Assembly (NCBI GenBank): GCA_002269645.1
Contig: NIVC01000583.1
Location: 372,001 to 436,000 of the forward strand
From: Macrostomum lignano
Taxonomy: Eukaryota
Direction of reading: 5' to 3'
DNA: 64,000 nt
The notes under the pieces were generated by a model. The model did no database searches. It was not told the origin of the DNA and saw nothing but the letters and a program-made list of their open reading frames with translations. This document shows, one piece after another, positions 12,201-23,864 of this stretch (position 1 is the stretch's first letter; every line of letters begins with the position of its first letter). A program made the translations under genes and the position numbers.

Positions 12201-12289
12201 ACTGTATCATCCTTAGCTAATGACTGCGCAACAGAAATGTATAACAAATTTATGCCATTTTTATGATTTTCAGGTCCTGGACATTAACG

Positions 12290-12490
12290 TAGTATATAAC
12301 ATTATCATCGAATCCTAATTCTATCAACGAAAAGCTCTATGAATATAAAAGATATGAGCATTTGGTCTGCCTCCTATCAAAAGCAATAACATTTTTTGTG
12401 CTAAAAATGAAAACCTCGTAATGTATTTTTTCGGAAAAACCGGCCTCCTAAACTTTTCCAAGAAACATAGTTTCCCGTCCTTCTACTTGC
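12290..12490 (+). repeat. Dispersed repeat, similar to 42720-42965
   Basis: Shared segments TTTGG(G)TCTGCCTCC.ATCAAA, ATGAAA(A/G)CCTCG..TAATGTATT and GGCCTCCTAAA.TTTTCCAAGAAAC.TAG.TT.CCC occur in the same order at both loci. Confidence 0.7.
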
Positions 12491-12610
12491 GCAGTCCTTG
12501 GGCAGGCATGTACACACTCCGTGCCACGGAGATTGGTTTGGTTCAACCATGGTAACTGCAGAGCTCAAAAATAGGATCAACAGTGTTTTGTCTAAAACAC
12601 TAACTGTCAA

Positions 12611-12699
12611 TCACAATGTTTCAATCAGCTGTGTGTACAGCGACAGCAGACAGTCCGCCTGCTCCGTGGCCGGAGGAGGCGGTGTTGGCGGCTGCGGCT

Positions 12700-12730
<31 letters not shown>

Positions 12731-13291
12731 CGGTACCACAACCAGGCTGTCCTCTCCGCCGGAATCCAGCCTCCAGTAGACTCCGCCATCATCGGCCTTT
12801 CTGGCGACGCTCTTGGCTCTGTCCGACTCTTTGTTGTCACCGCCGCCGTCGTCGTCTTGGTCGCTTCGCTCGCTCTTGTCGTCGATGATGTCGACTACGC
12901 CAGGCTGCTGCTGCATGGCAAGCCGCCGTACCTGCCAGGCCGGGGACATGCCGTCCGTTCTGCCCAGCTGTCCGGCCTGCCGCTGCCGGCGCTCCAGGCG
13001 CTCCTGTTGAATCTCCAGCTGCCGCTGCTGACGGAGCTGCTGGGCCCGGCTGAGCCTCTGGCCGGCGTGGCGACACTTGCGCACTTGACGCGACGCCAGG
13101 AGGAGAATCGACACCGTCAGCACGGCCAGGAAGGCGCCAGTGCCGACCGAGGCGACTGTCTTGGCCAGGTTGCTGTAGTCGCTGTCGCTTTCGCTGATGC
13201 CCACCTGCTCTTTGCTGTTGCTGTTGATGATGCTGACGGCGGTTGATTGTTGACTGGCGTTGCTAGGGTGCATTCTGGTTCGGCCTGTCAT
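12611..13291 (-). CDS. Orphan single-pass membrane protein-like ORF (226 aa) with Q-, D- and P-rich cytoplasmic tail
   Basis: GC-rich island with host-like codon use. Hydrophobic segment VGTGAFLAVLTVSILLLAS is followed by basic RQVRKCRH. No recognisable family. Confidence 0.5.
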
Positions 13292-13394
13292 TGTTCGGCA
13301 TTACGTTTCTGATCTTGATCTTCTGCTGCTGATCTTGTTTTTGATCCACAGCTCTAGTCATGTGACTGCCTGTCTGCGTCCCATTTTTATGATC

Positions 13395-13970
13395 TCACCT
13401 GTCCCCTGTCTATGATCCCCACCTGTCCCCCTGTCTATGATCCCCACCTGTCCCCCTGTCTATGATCCCCACCTGTCCCCCTGTCTATGATCCCCACCTT
13501 TCCCCTGTCTATGATCTCTACCTGTCCTTTGTCTTTGATTCCCACCTGTCTATGATCCCCACCTGTCTATGAACCCCACCTGTCCTCTGTTTTTGATCCC
13601 CTCCTGTCTATGATCCCCTCCTGTCCCCCTGTCTATGATCCTCACCTGTCTATGATCACCTCCTGTCCCCTGTCTATGATCCCCTCCTGTCCCCCTGTCT
13701 ATGATCCCCTCCTGTCCGCCTGTCTATGATCCTCACCTGTCTATGATCCCCTCCTGTCCCCTGTCTATGATCCTCACCTGTATATGATCCCCTCCTGTCA
13801 CCTTTCTATGATCACCTCCTGTCCCCTGTCTATGATCCCCTCCTGTCCTCTGTTTTTGATCCCCTCCTGTCTATGATCCCCTCATGTCCCCTGTCTATGA
13901 TTCCCTCATGTCCCCTGTCTATGATTCCCTCCTGTCCCCTGTCTATGATCCCCTCCTGTCCCCTGTCAAA
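13395..13970. repeat. 24-25-bp minisatellite (CTGTCTATGATCCCCTCCTGTCCCC) with 18-bp variants
   Basis: Read directly. Confidence 0.9.
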
Positions 13971-14988
13971 TACACCTCTTGTCTTATGCTAATGATCCTG
14001 CTGTGTAATGAATAAGCCAGCCAGTCTGCAAGTTTGTAGGCAAAACTCTCAAGCTCTCAAACTCACCGCGCTCTCACTTATATATCATATATTGTACTGC
14101 GATCGATAACTAACAGGTGTTCATCGACTGTACACACAATTAAGCACTCATAGAGTAGTGACACAACAGATCCCACAGAGAATCACCCCGCAGCCCACCA
14201 AAGTTGGAGAGCTGAAATTATTGATGCTAAACACATATAATTGCAGCTTGACCTCACCAGCTTACAGAAACAGCAGACAGCCGAATTTTTAGCTTCCTTG
14301 ATTGTGACCGCAACCGAGTGCCCAGCTATTGTTGGATGAAGCAGTAAGGAAGGCAATCCTGGGCGGGACCTTCCGAGCATTTAGCATTTAACATAAGGCG
14401 TCTTCAGCGTATCTGCATGTGCTTTTTAAGCATGGCTTCCTCCTTTATTTTCGCCAGTGCGCCAGCGGCCCGATCCTCTTCCGACCAATTAGAATCGGGT
14501 AAGATGATTCTTTCAATACGAGCTACTCGATTTAATTGGCCAATAATTAGTCTCTGCACTTTCGTAGTTTCAGAACGTAGAAAACCTGTTTATTTATGAA
14601 ACAGTGTATTTCACGGACAACTTGAGCAGAATAACGCTTCCTATGAGTTTTAATGCCTGCTGCCTTTGCTCTGTGCGTAATACGAGCATTGTATATTTAG
14701 CATGAAAAAGATAATATAGCATTTCCCGGTCAATTTGGTCCTAGAATCACTCAATTTAATTCGCAATAGAGAATTCCAATTCATTCCGCCGTCACTAGAG
14801 ATATGTCTATGGCCAAATATGCTGTTTTGTTCCACTCAATTTAATCCGGGGGGGGCACTAATTTCGCGTATTTATTTTAAAAGCTCTTACTTTTAAAGAA
14901 AAGAGATTGTACCATGACCTTTGTGCCCGCTGGGCACTTATTCTTGCCTTTTAATGCCATAGACTACATTTAAGCCGGCTTGCAGGAG

Positions 14989-15708
14989 TCAAACTTACTT
15001 TAATGCAAATTAGCGGGCAGTAAATGACATTTAACGCCCGATTGTCTATGTCAAACTTACTTTAATGCAAATTAGCGGGCAGTTAATGATATTTAACGCC
15101 CGATTGTCTATGTCAAACTTACTTTAATGCAAATTAGCGGGCAGTAAATGACATTTAACGCCCGATTGTCTATGTCAAACTTACTTTAATGCAAATTAGC
15201 GGGCAGTAAATGACATTTAACGCCCGATTGTCTATGTCAAACTTACTTTAATGCAAATTAGCGGGCAGTTAATGATATTTAACGCCCGATTGTCTATGTC
15301 AAACTTACTTTAATGCAAATTAGCGGGCAGTAAATGACATTTAACGCCCGATTGTCTATGTCAAACTTACTTTAATGCAAATTAGCGGGCAGTTAATGAC
15401 ATTTAACGCCCGATTGTCTATGTCAAACTTACTTTAATGCAAATTAGCGGGCAGTTAATGACATTTAACGCCCGATTGTCTATGTCAAACTTACTTTAAT
15501 GCAAATTAGCGGGCAGTTAATGATATTTAACGCCCGATTGTCTATGTCAAACTTACTTTAATGCAAATTAGCGGGCAGTTAATGACATTTAACGCCCGAT
15601 TGTCTATGTCAAACTTACTTTAATGCAAATTAGCGGGCAGTTAATGACATTTAACGCCCGATTGTCTATGTCAAACTTACTTTAATGCAAATTAGCGGGC
15701 AGTTAATG
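14989..15708. repeat. 62-bp highly homogeneous tandem repeat, about 11.6 copies
   Basis: Unit TCAAACTTACTTTAATGCAAATTAGCGGGCAGTTAATGACATTTAACGCCCGATTGTCTATG; period 62 counted; no spacers. Confidence 0.95.
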
Positions 15709-16603
15709 TCATTAACCACAACCAGCTCTGAGCCTGAGGCAACTCTGCCCATTCCCCAGTCTCCTGAGCACATACAAGCGAGGCAAGGACGCTGGCACGC
15801 ACTCATACACACAGGGTGTACAGCAGCCCTTTGACTTTCTAATCGTCACACACTAACACTACCTTATACTATAGTCTATGGTCTAGAAAGATAACAGCAC
15901 GCATTATCGGTAGAGCAGCTCTGAGTGGGGTAGTCTATGGCCATAGACTATTTTCAATGAAAAACCAGAGTAGACAAATGTCATGTCGACCTCATGAGAA
16001 GAAAGAGATTGATGTGGATACAATGGAACTCTTCTTGCTTATGGTATAGCTCCGAGTGATGTTTGTGTTTGGACACTAAGGAAATAGCTAGAACATTTTA
16101 ATAATACACTGAAACTTTGACATACGCTTTGGTACCCACCCTCTCACCTATCGAACTCATTCATCCTCATCAAGTCTGAAAAATAAATAGGCATATCATT
16201 GAAACTCTGAGATGGCAAGCTTGACTGAGTAGGTGGGTGTGATATCTGCTTCCAGTCCGAATGCAGGGGCAGCCAGCAACGCCCTGGAAATGAAATTTTG
16301 CCGATATCTCGTATTCAACAGCTTTACTGCACCTGTTTACTGCACCCATTTTTGCAGGAGTCGTAAACAGCATTCTTCTTGTTTATGGTGCAATTGCTTG
16401 TTAGCTAGCTGTGTAGTTGTTTTCTATGAAACTTGATACCAAAACAACTGTTACATTTGATTATACTAAGCAGAGATACATGAAAGTTAGAAAATTTTGA
16501 CAATAAAAAGTCCACTTGGCTACTTACAGAGGTAGTTTTTCGGCGACATAAATTACATGGCTGTATATTGGCAAAATACACTGCTACAGATCCTTACTCT
16601 GCT

Positions 16604-16845
<242 letters not shown>

Positions 16846-16949
16846 AGGTGGTAATAAGGAGCATTATTGGAATGGGAAAACATAGCAAAGAAAAGATATA
16901 GTAAGCGGAGAAGGATGAAGTGGAAGAAAAAATATCGGAAAACAGTGCG

Positions 16950-18065
16950 AGAAACAGACCGGAGAGTAGAGAGGGGAAGAGGAAAGAGGAAGGGAAGAGT
17001 GGAGAGAAAGGAAAGAGGGGAGAGAGGAAAGAGGGGAGAGAAGGAAAGAGGGGAGAGAGAGGAAAGAGGGGAAAGGAGGAAAGAGGGGAGAGAGAGGAAA
17101 GAGGGAAGAGGAAGGGAAGAGGGGAGGGAGAGGAAAGAGGGGAAAGAGAGGAAAGAGGGGAGAGAGAGGAAAGAGGGGAAAGGAGGAAAGAGGGGAGAGA
17201 GAGGAAAGAGGGAAGAGGAAGGGAAGAGGGGAGGGAGAGGAAAGAGGGGAAAGAGAGGAAAGAGGGGAGAGAGAGGAAAGAGGGGAGAGAGAGGAAAGAG
17301 GGGAGAGAGAGGAAAGAGGGGAGAGAGAGGAAAGAGGGGAGAGAGAGGAAAGAGGGAAGAGGAAGGGAAGAGGGGAGAGAGAGAGGAAAGAGGGGAGAGA
17401 GAGGAAAGAGGGGAGAGAGAGGAAAGAGGGGAGAGGAAGGGAAGAGGGGAGAGAGAGAGAGAGAGAGGAAAGAGGGGAGAGAGAGGAAAGAGGGGAGATT
17501 AGGAAAGAGGGGAGAGAGAGGAAAGAGGGGAGAGGAAGGGAAGAGGGGAGAGAGAGGAAAGAGGGGAGAGGAAGGGAAGAGGGGAGAGAGAGGAAAGAGG
17601 GGAGAGGAAGGGAAGAGGGGAGGGAGAGGAAAGAGGGGAGAGAGAGGAAAGAGGGGAGAGGAAGGGAAGAGGGGAGAGAGAGGAAAGAGGGGAGAGGAAG
17701 GGAAGAGGGGAGAGAGAGAGAGGAAAGAGGGGAGAGAGAGAAAAGAGGGGAGATGAGGAAAGAGGGGAGAGAAAGGAAAGAGGGGAGAGGAAGGGAAGAG
17801 GGGAGAGAGAGGAAAGAGGGGAGAGGAAGGGAAGAGGGGAGAGAGAGGAAAGAGGGGAGAGGAAGGGAAGAGGGGAGAGAGAGGAAAGAGGGGAGAGGAA
17901 GGGAAGAGAGGATAGAGAGGAAAGAGGGGAGAGGAAGGGAAGAGGGGAGAGAGAGAAAAGAGGGGAGAGGAAGGGAAGAGGGGAGAGAGAGGAAAGAGGG
18001 GAGAGAAAGGAAAGAGGGGAGAAAGAGGAAAGAGGGGAGAGAGAGGGAGAGAGAGAGAGAGAGAG
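16950..18065. repeat. Polypurine compound repeat (GAGGAAAGAGGGGA / GAGGAAGGGAA), forming the tail of the Penelope-like element
   Basis: Nearly pure A/G on the + strand; abuts the pLTR copy at 18066. Confidence 0.9.
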
Positions 18066-18140
18066 GAGGGCGCCTCCAATCTCGGGCACTGACACGGTAG
18101 AAAGTCAGAGAGGACTGAAAAAAGTCAATTTAAATTGAGT

Positions 18141-18177
18141 AGCCGATATTTCGAAATTAAATTTCTTCGTCAGGGCT
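18141..18177 (-). ncRNA. Minimal type I hammerhead ribozyme (PLE-type), copy 1
   Basis: Minus strand reads AGCC-CUGACGA-A-GAAAU(UUA)AUUUC-GAAA-UAUC-GGCU: intact core, stem I AGCC/GGCU, palindromic stem III (AUAU), AUC cleavage triplet. Confidence 0.85.
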
Positions 18178-18593
18178 GTAAGCGAGTGAAGTTTATTTGG
18201 CCCGAATTGCCGTCAATATATAAAGGCGATATCGCCAGGGAGAGACGATCGATAAATTGATGTGCTCAAGCACTTAAAACAGTACGCATGGTCAGTACAT
18301 TAAAACGAGTCCGAGACTATGAGAAAAGCGGGGGGTGGCTAAAACTGTACAAGTGGGCCTAGACGACCTTTAAGTGTAGAATAAAAATTGTAAAAATAAA
18401 TGGCAAAATAAATAGGTAAGGTAAATAAAAAAATTTATTAAATGCTCAGAGCAAAAAATGCAGGTGCACCGTACACAGTGTCAGAAAAATGAATAAAATG
18501 CAGAAAATATATCATCTGAATAAATCAAAATAAAGTCAATGAAAAAATCACAGAGGGGAAAAAAGCAGTAAAAGAGCCTTTGTACAGCTGATC

Positions 18594-19563
18594 TCAATTG
18601 GCAGAAGCTGGTTCGAGCTGGCTGTGGCAGAGTAGATCCCGAAGGCTCCTCCCTTTAGTGAAGGCCGGCAGTACAGGGGCATCGCAGTGCTGTGCCACGC
18701 CGTCCCTCACCTTGGCAACCAGGGTGTCTGACCCAGCGCAGTGCGGCACAGTCAGTGGGATCGCCGGATTATGCAGCACCCCGGCCAGCTCGTTGGCGCC
18801 ATGTGGGACCAGAGTTTTCAGGACCGCGATGAGTTTGGCCTCCTGGCGTTGACGTCGTTCATTGGCCTTGGGTCCAAAGCCGTCTCGCGTCCACACTCCG
18901 GTGAAGGCAAAGTCCTCGAGACTATGGCCATCGTTGCTGAAGTGGCGGGCCACCGGAGTGTCGCGTGCGTGCCTGATGTCGCCGACGTGCGCTAGCATGC
19001 GGGCCCGGATGCTGTTGACCGTCTCGCCGACGTAGACCGTGCAGCTGCAGCGGCGGCAGAACACCGTGTAGACGGCGTTGACCGAGTTGCAGTCGATCCT
19101 CTGGCTGATGGTGATCTTGACGGTCGTGGACGCGGATCCCGGGCAGACGGAGGTGAATCTGGCGTGCGCCTGGCAGCACTTGCACAGCCGGGCCGGGTTG
19201 CACGGCAGGAAGCCGAACTCCCACCGCCTTGTCGGGTAGAAACCCAGCTCCGCCAGCACCTCGTATTTGATATTGCGTAGAAAACGCCTGTTATAGCCCT
19301 GGTGCTGCACCAGATTCGACAGCAGCTCGGTGCAGGCCGCGTCGAAGTCGACCATCCGGGAGCACCTGCGAGCGTATCTGATGAGCTGGGACTTGACCAC
19401 ACCCTTGAACGTCCACCTCGGATGAAATGAGTCGCGGTGGATAAGAGCTCGGCTGTCCGTGGGCTTGAAGAAGACTCTAGTCGCCAGACGCTTGGAGTCC
19501 CCCTCGCGGTCCCAGAAGACGGTGGTGTCCAGGAAGTTGACCTCGGTGCTGCTGTAGCAACCC
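18594..19563 (-). pseudogene. PLE ORF remnant: RT C-terminus/thumb (VNFLDTTV..RVFFKPTD..HP) + GIY-YIG endonuclease
   Basis: ORF 18594..19400 contains CNSVNAVYTVFC..C..VYVGET...R...H...PVARHF..GH....EAKLI..LKT..PHGAN. The upstream FLDT/FKPT motifs join via a frameshift near 19500. Confidence 0.9.
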
Positions 19564-19564
19564 T

Positions 19565-19660
19565 CAGGAAGGGAAGAGGGGAGGGAGAGGAAAGAGGGGA
19601 GATAAAGGAAAGAGGGGAGAAAGAGGAAAGAGGGGAGAGAGAGAGAGAGAGAGAGAGAGA

Positions 19661-19735
<75 letters not shown>

Positions 19736-19743
19736 GAGAGAGA
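19565..19743. repeat. (GA)n / polypurine tract following pLTR copy 2
   Basis: Read directly. Confidence 0.9.
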
Positions 19744-19814
19744 GGAGGGCGCCTCCAATCTCAGGCACGGACGCGGTACATGTAAAAAGGACAAACAAGT
19801 CAAGTTGATTTAAG

Positions 19815-19855
19815 TTGCCGATATTTCGAATTAGGTAAATTCTTCGTCAGGGCAA
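19815..19855 (-). ncRNA. Minimal type I hammerhead ribozyme (PLE-type), copy 2
   Basis: Minus strand reads UUGCC-CUGACGA-A-GAAUU(UACCU)AAUUC-GAAA-UAUC-GGCAA. Stems I and II differ from copy 1 but keep base pairing. Confidence 0.85.
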
Positions 19856-19856
19856 G

Positions 19857-20640
<784 letters not shown>

Positions 20641-20704
20641 AGTAACTTGATTATCATTAAAATGCATTAACAGTAAGGAATCAATAAGAAAGAGATGATA
20701 ATAA

Positions 20705-22949
20705 TGATGTAACCACGCTCTGGTCGCGGGATAGGGCATGGGAACTTTTTTCGAAAGTGCCTCCTATCCCGTGCACCCTCTGCACAGAGCTGTCGAGACT
20801 CGGCCAGGTCTCCGACCGGGCCTGGAGACTCCCGCTCTGCTGCACCCCTCCTGCTGCCTTGGTCCCGTCTCTCCTGCCGCCACACCTGCCTTTCCGGAGC
20901 CCCTACCCCTTTCTGTACCTCCCCCTCTACCCTATCTCTTCTGTTCCCGCCCTATTCTTCCTGTACTTTCTCTACCTCCTCCTTTTTTTGTCTCCCTCTG
21001 CACTCTTTTCCTGCGCTGTCCCCTCTTTCCCTGTGTCTACTTACAGTACTTTGTGTGCTCACCGTCTCCCCATCCCCTCTCAAACTCCCAAACGGTGACG
21101 CAAGTCGTGTGACCCCTTCTCCCCCTCGGTGACTCATCGATGACTCATCCCCCTCGGTGACTCATCGATGACTCATCCCCCTCTCTTGCGCAACCTTTTC
21201 TCACGCTATTGTTCTCCTTCCCAAATTTCTCATGTGACACCCACCCCACCTCCGCTTCTATTGTTCTCGTTTTTGCTTCTTTTGTTCTCTCGACCCCCAC
21301 CAATTATCACATTTTCTCCGATTTTCTCTTTCTTTTGTTCTCGTTTTCGCACCTAATTATCACCTTTTCTCCAATGTTTACTTTTCCATTGTTCTCAGTT
21401 TTCCCCAATTATCCCCGATTTCCAATTCCTTTGTTCTCGACCCCAGCCCTATTGTTCTCAATGTTTGCTTGCGCAACACTTTCGCGACCACCCGCTGCGC
21501 CAATTATCCCCCACCCCACCTCCGGATTGCGCAATTTCCCGATTTCTCATGTTGCTATGCCGGTCTCATGCTTCTCATCATGACTCATTCTGACGTCATT
21601 CTGCCGGCAGCCAATCAGAGAGAGGGAGCCATGGTAACGACCTTGAGGAGGCGGCTGTGAGGTCTATAAAAGGAAGCGATTTCGGCATGAGAATGCTCAA
21701 CTGAGTTTATCTCTGTTCCTCTCCTCGTCCTTCTTTGGACTTGCTGTCAGATTGAGTTCTGACCCATTCGTCTATAAGACGAATCCCTGCCGGCCCGCGG
21801 TCTGTTACCGCCAAGTTATCCTTAGCTCCCCAAGTGAGCTCGCCTATCGGCCAGCGGTCTGATACCGCCCAGCATCATCAGCATCGCCTGATCTACATCA
21901 GCGCCTCGTCGCTCCAGCGCATCGCCGCTTCACCGTCTGCCTGACTGCAGCCTACAGCCGCCCTCGGTCACTCCGTCTCTCTCACTCTCTGTGCAGCTGC
22001 CGGTAAGTTCCTGCTACTAATTTGTGCTCTAATTGCCTTTGCTTATCCGGGGTTTGCCTATTTTCCATTGTCTGATTAGAGAGCTGAGCCAATTGTGATA
22101 CCGTATCTTTTGCTGTATTTTACTCAATAGTGAAGCCGCCTAATTGCCTGCTTATTTGCCTAAGGGCCTAATTATTAACTATTAACTAACTTCATCATTA
22201 TTCAATCTTTCACCATCATTTCACTCATGGCTTGCTAAGCCTTTCTCCCGGGGTGGCAAAGCATAAGGAAGTTTGGGTAAGCTAATGGCCTCTCCCCGTG
22301 CACAGCCCGCCTGTGAGTGCGTGCTGCGGGGCCGCGTGTGCGTGCAGTAGAGGGATTAGCGAGTCTTGGCACAGAATGGCAGTAGGAAGGTTGCAACCCC
22401 ATGCTAACGCGTCCCTTCGCCCTGAGCAATCTAAACTGTAGACAGTACATGTTCGCCTCATACTACTCTTAGTAATCAAAGTCGCAAGTCAGCCTCGCTC
22501 ACAGCCACAAAGGATCCCCTGCTGAGAAATCCTCCAGGATTGAGCCCAGAGTTCCCGATCATGCCCCAAGCAGAGTCCCTGTACTCGGCTGCATGCGTCT
22601 CCCCTGTTAGCCTAAATCCCCTGGTAACCAATCCAGGCGGGGCTCTAGCCTCGAGAGGTCTGGTAGAAAGATCCAGGTGCGCCAGGTCACATAGAGTGGT
22701 GGCAGCCACTCGGTCATACCATGACCGAGTGACCAACTATTGCACCTTGGCTACAGGTGGGGTCCATGTGGGTCCTTGGCCCTCTGGTCACGAAGCGCTA
22801 CCAAAGCTACTAATCATGTGGGCGGGACAGTCTGGTGCTGGAGGTCCGTCAGGTCATTGCCCGGTCATAGGCAGCCTACGGTCATTGCCCCCTCTAGCCA
22901 TGCGTTCGTCTCTCTACGGAGCGGACAGGCGACAAGGGCGGTTACATCA
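20705..22949 (+). mobile_element. Solo LTR (2,245 bp)
   Basis: 10-bp inverted termini TGATGTAACC / GGTTACATCA; 4-bp TSD ATAA (20701-20704, 22950-22953); central Pol II promoter cluster. No internal direct repeat or coding remnant was recognised. Confidence 0.8.
21130..21671 (+). promoter_or_regulatory. LTR U3-like promoter: five AP-1 sites, CRE, CCAAT box and TATA box
   Basis: TGACTCA at 21130, 21141, 21158, 21169 and 21581; TGACGTCA at 21591; CCAAT at 21611; TATAAAA at 21665; downstream splice donor G|GTAAGT at 22003. Confidence 0.65.
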
Positions 22950-23864
22950 ATAAAAAATAAAAAAGCCCTGACAATGTGCCAATTGGACGAAATGCATGAG
23001 CAAAAATTGATAAATGAATCAATAACTAAAAAGGAAATAGGCAAGAGAAGCGACAGAAAAAGGAAGAGAGGAAGAGAAAAGCGAGAGAAAGTGAGGAAAA
23101 GGCGAAGACAGAGGGAAAACAGAGAAGGAAAGGGTGAATATGTAATCTACAAGCTCGTACAAGGTAGTGTTGGAAAAATGTTTTAGCGATGAAGGAGGCG
23201 GAAAGCTTGAGAGAAATTCAAGTGCCGGACTCGAAGCCGCAGCTGCTCGCTGAGGGGGTGCTTAAACAGATGATAAAATTTCCTCTCAGACTCGTCTCAA
23301 AATCGATACTCGTATTTTAGCCTTGCGTGTGTAGCCATAGGCCGCAATTGAAAGCATTGAATTGAAGCTTGAAGATAGCGAAGGCAAGGCCTATATAGAA
23401 ACCAAGCGGGACTTGATGCCTCTCCATTTGGTCTTCCCCAGAACTGCAAACACGCTACACTCCGAGACGCTGACATGCCTCAGATGGTGACAGCAGCCGC
23501 TCTGAATCCCCTCTCGCTCTGATCCCTGCCTGCCAGCTTCTCCCACCCCTGTCCCCACACACATCTCCCATTGCTATTCAGCTTGAAGAGGAGAGAGCGG
23601 CGGCTGGCTTGCCTTGAGTCGGCAGCTCAACTGGTCCATGTGCAGCCGTTGCGTGCGCTCGGGCCCTGTGGTTGGTTAGTACAGGCCTATGCGGGGATAG
23701 AGAGAGTCAGAGTAAGGTCAAAATGGGAAATTACCGCCTAGCGCTCTGGCCTCGCTCTCGTTCTCTCCTTCCTTCCTCTCTTTTTCAGCTGTCTCAAAGC
23801 AGATTGAAGGCTACGGAAAATACTCGATAGCAGCATCGAAGCCAGCAGGGAATCTCCCCCGCCC

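Larger units (their letters stand above)
18066..19856 (-). mobile_element. 5'-truncated Penelope-like retroelement (PLE) with two pseudo-LTR copies (18066-18180, 19744-19856)
   Basis: RT thumb remnant plus GIY-YIG ORF. The diverged direct repeats start GAGGGCGCCTCCAATCTC.GGCAC and each contains a hammerhead core. Confidence 0.9.

Noticed and set aside
14989-15708. CRISPR-like array (palindromic repeats); the 63056-63762 array was considered likewise
   Set aside because: The repeats are head-to-tail with no unique spacers, there are no cas genes, and the context is eukaryotic.
22200-22940. Tyrosine recombinase (DIRS) or env remnant in the 2.2-kb LTR
   Set aside because: Translations show no RHRY/YR or other recognisable motifs.
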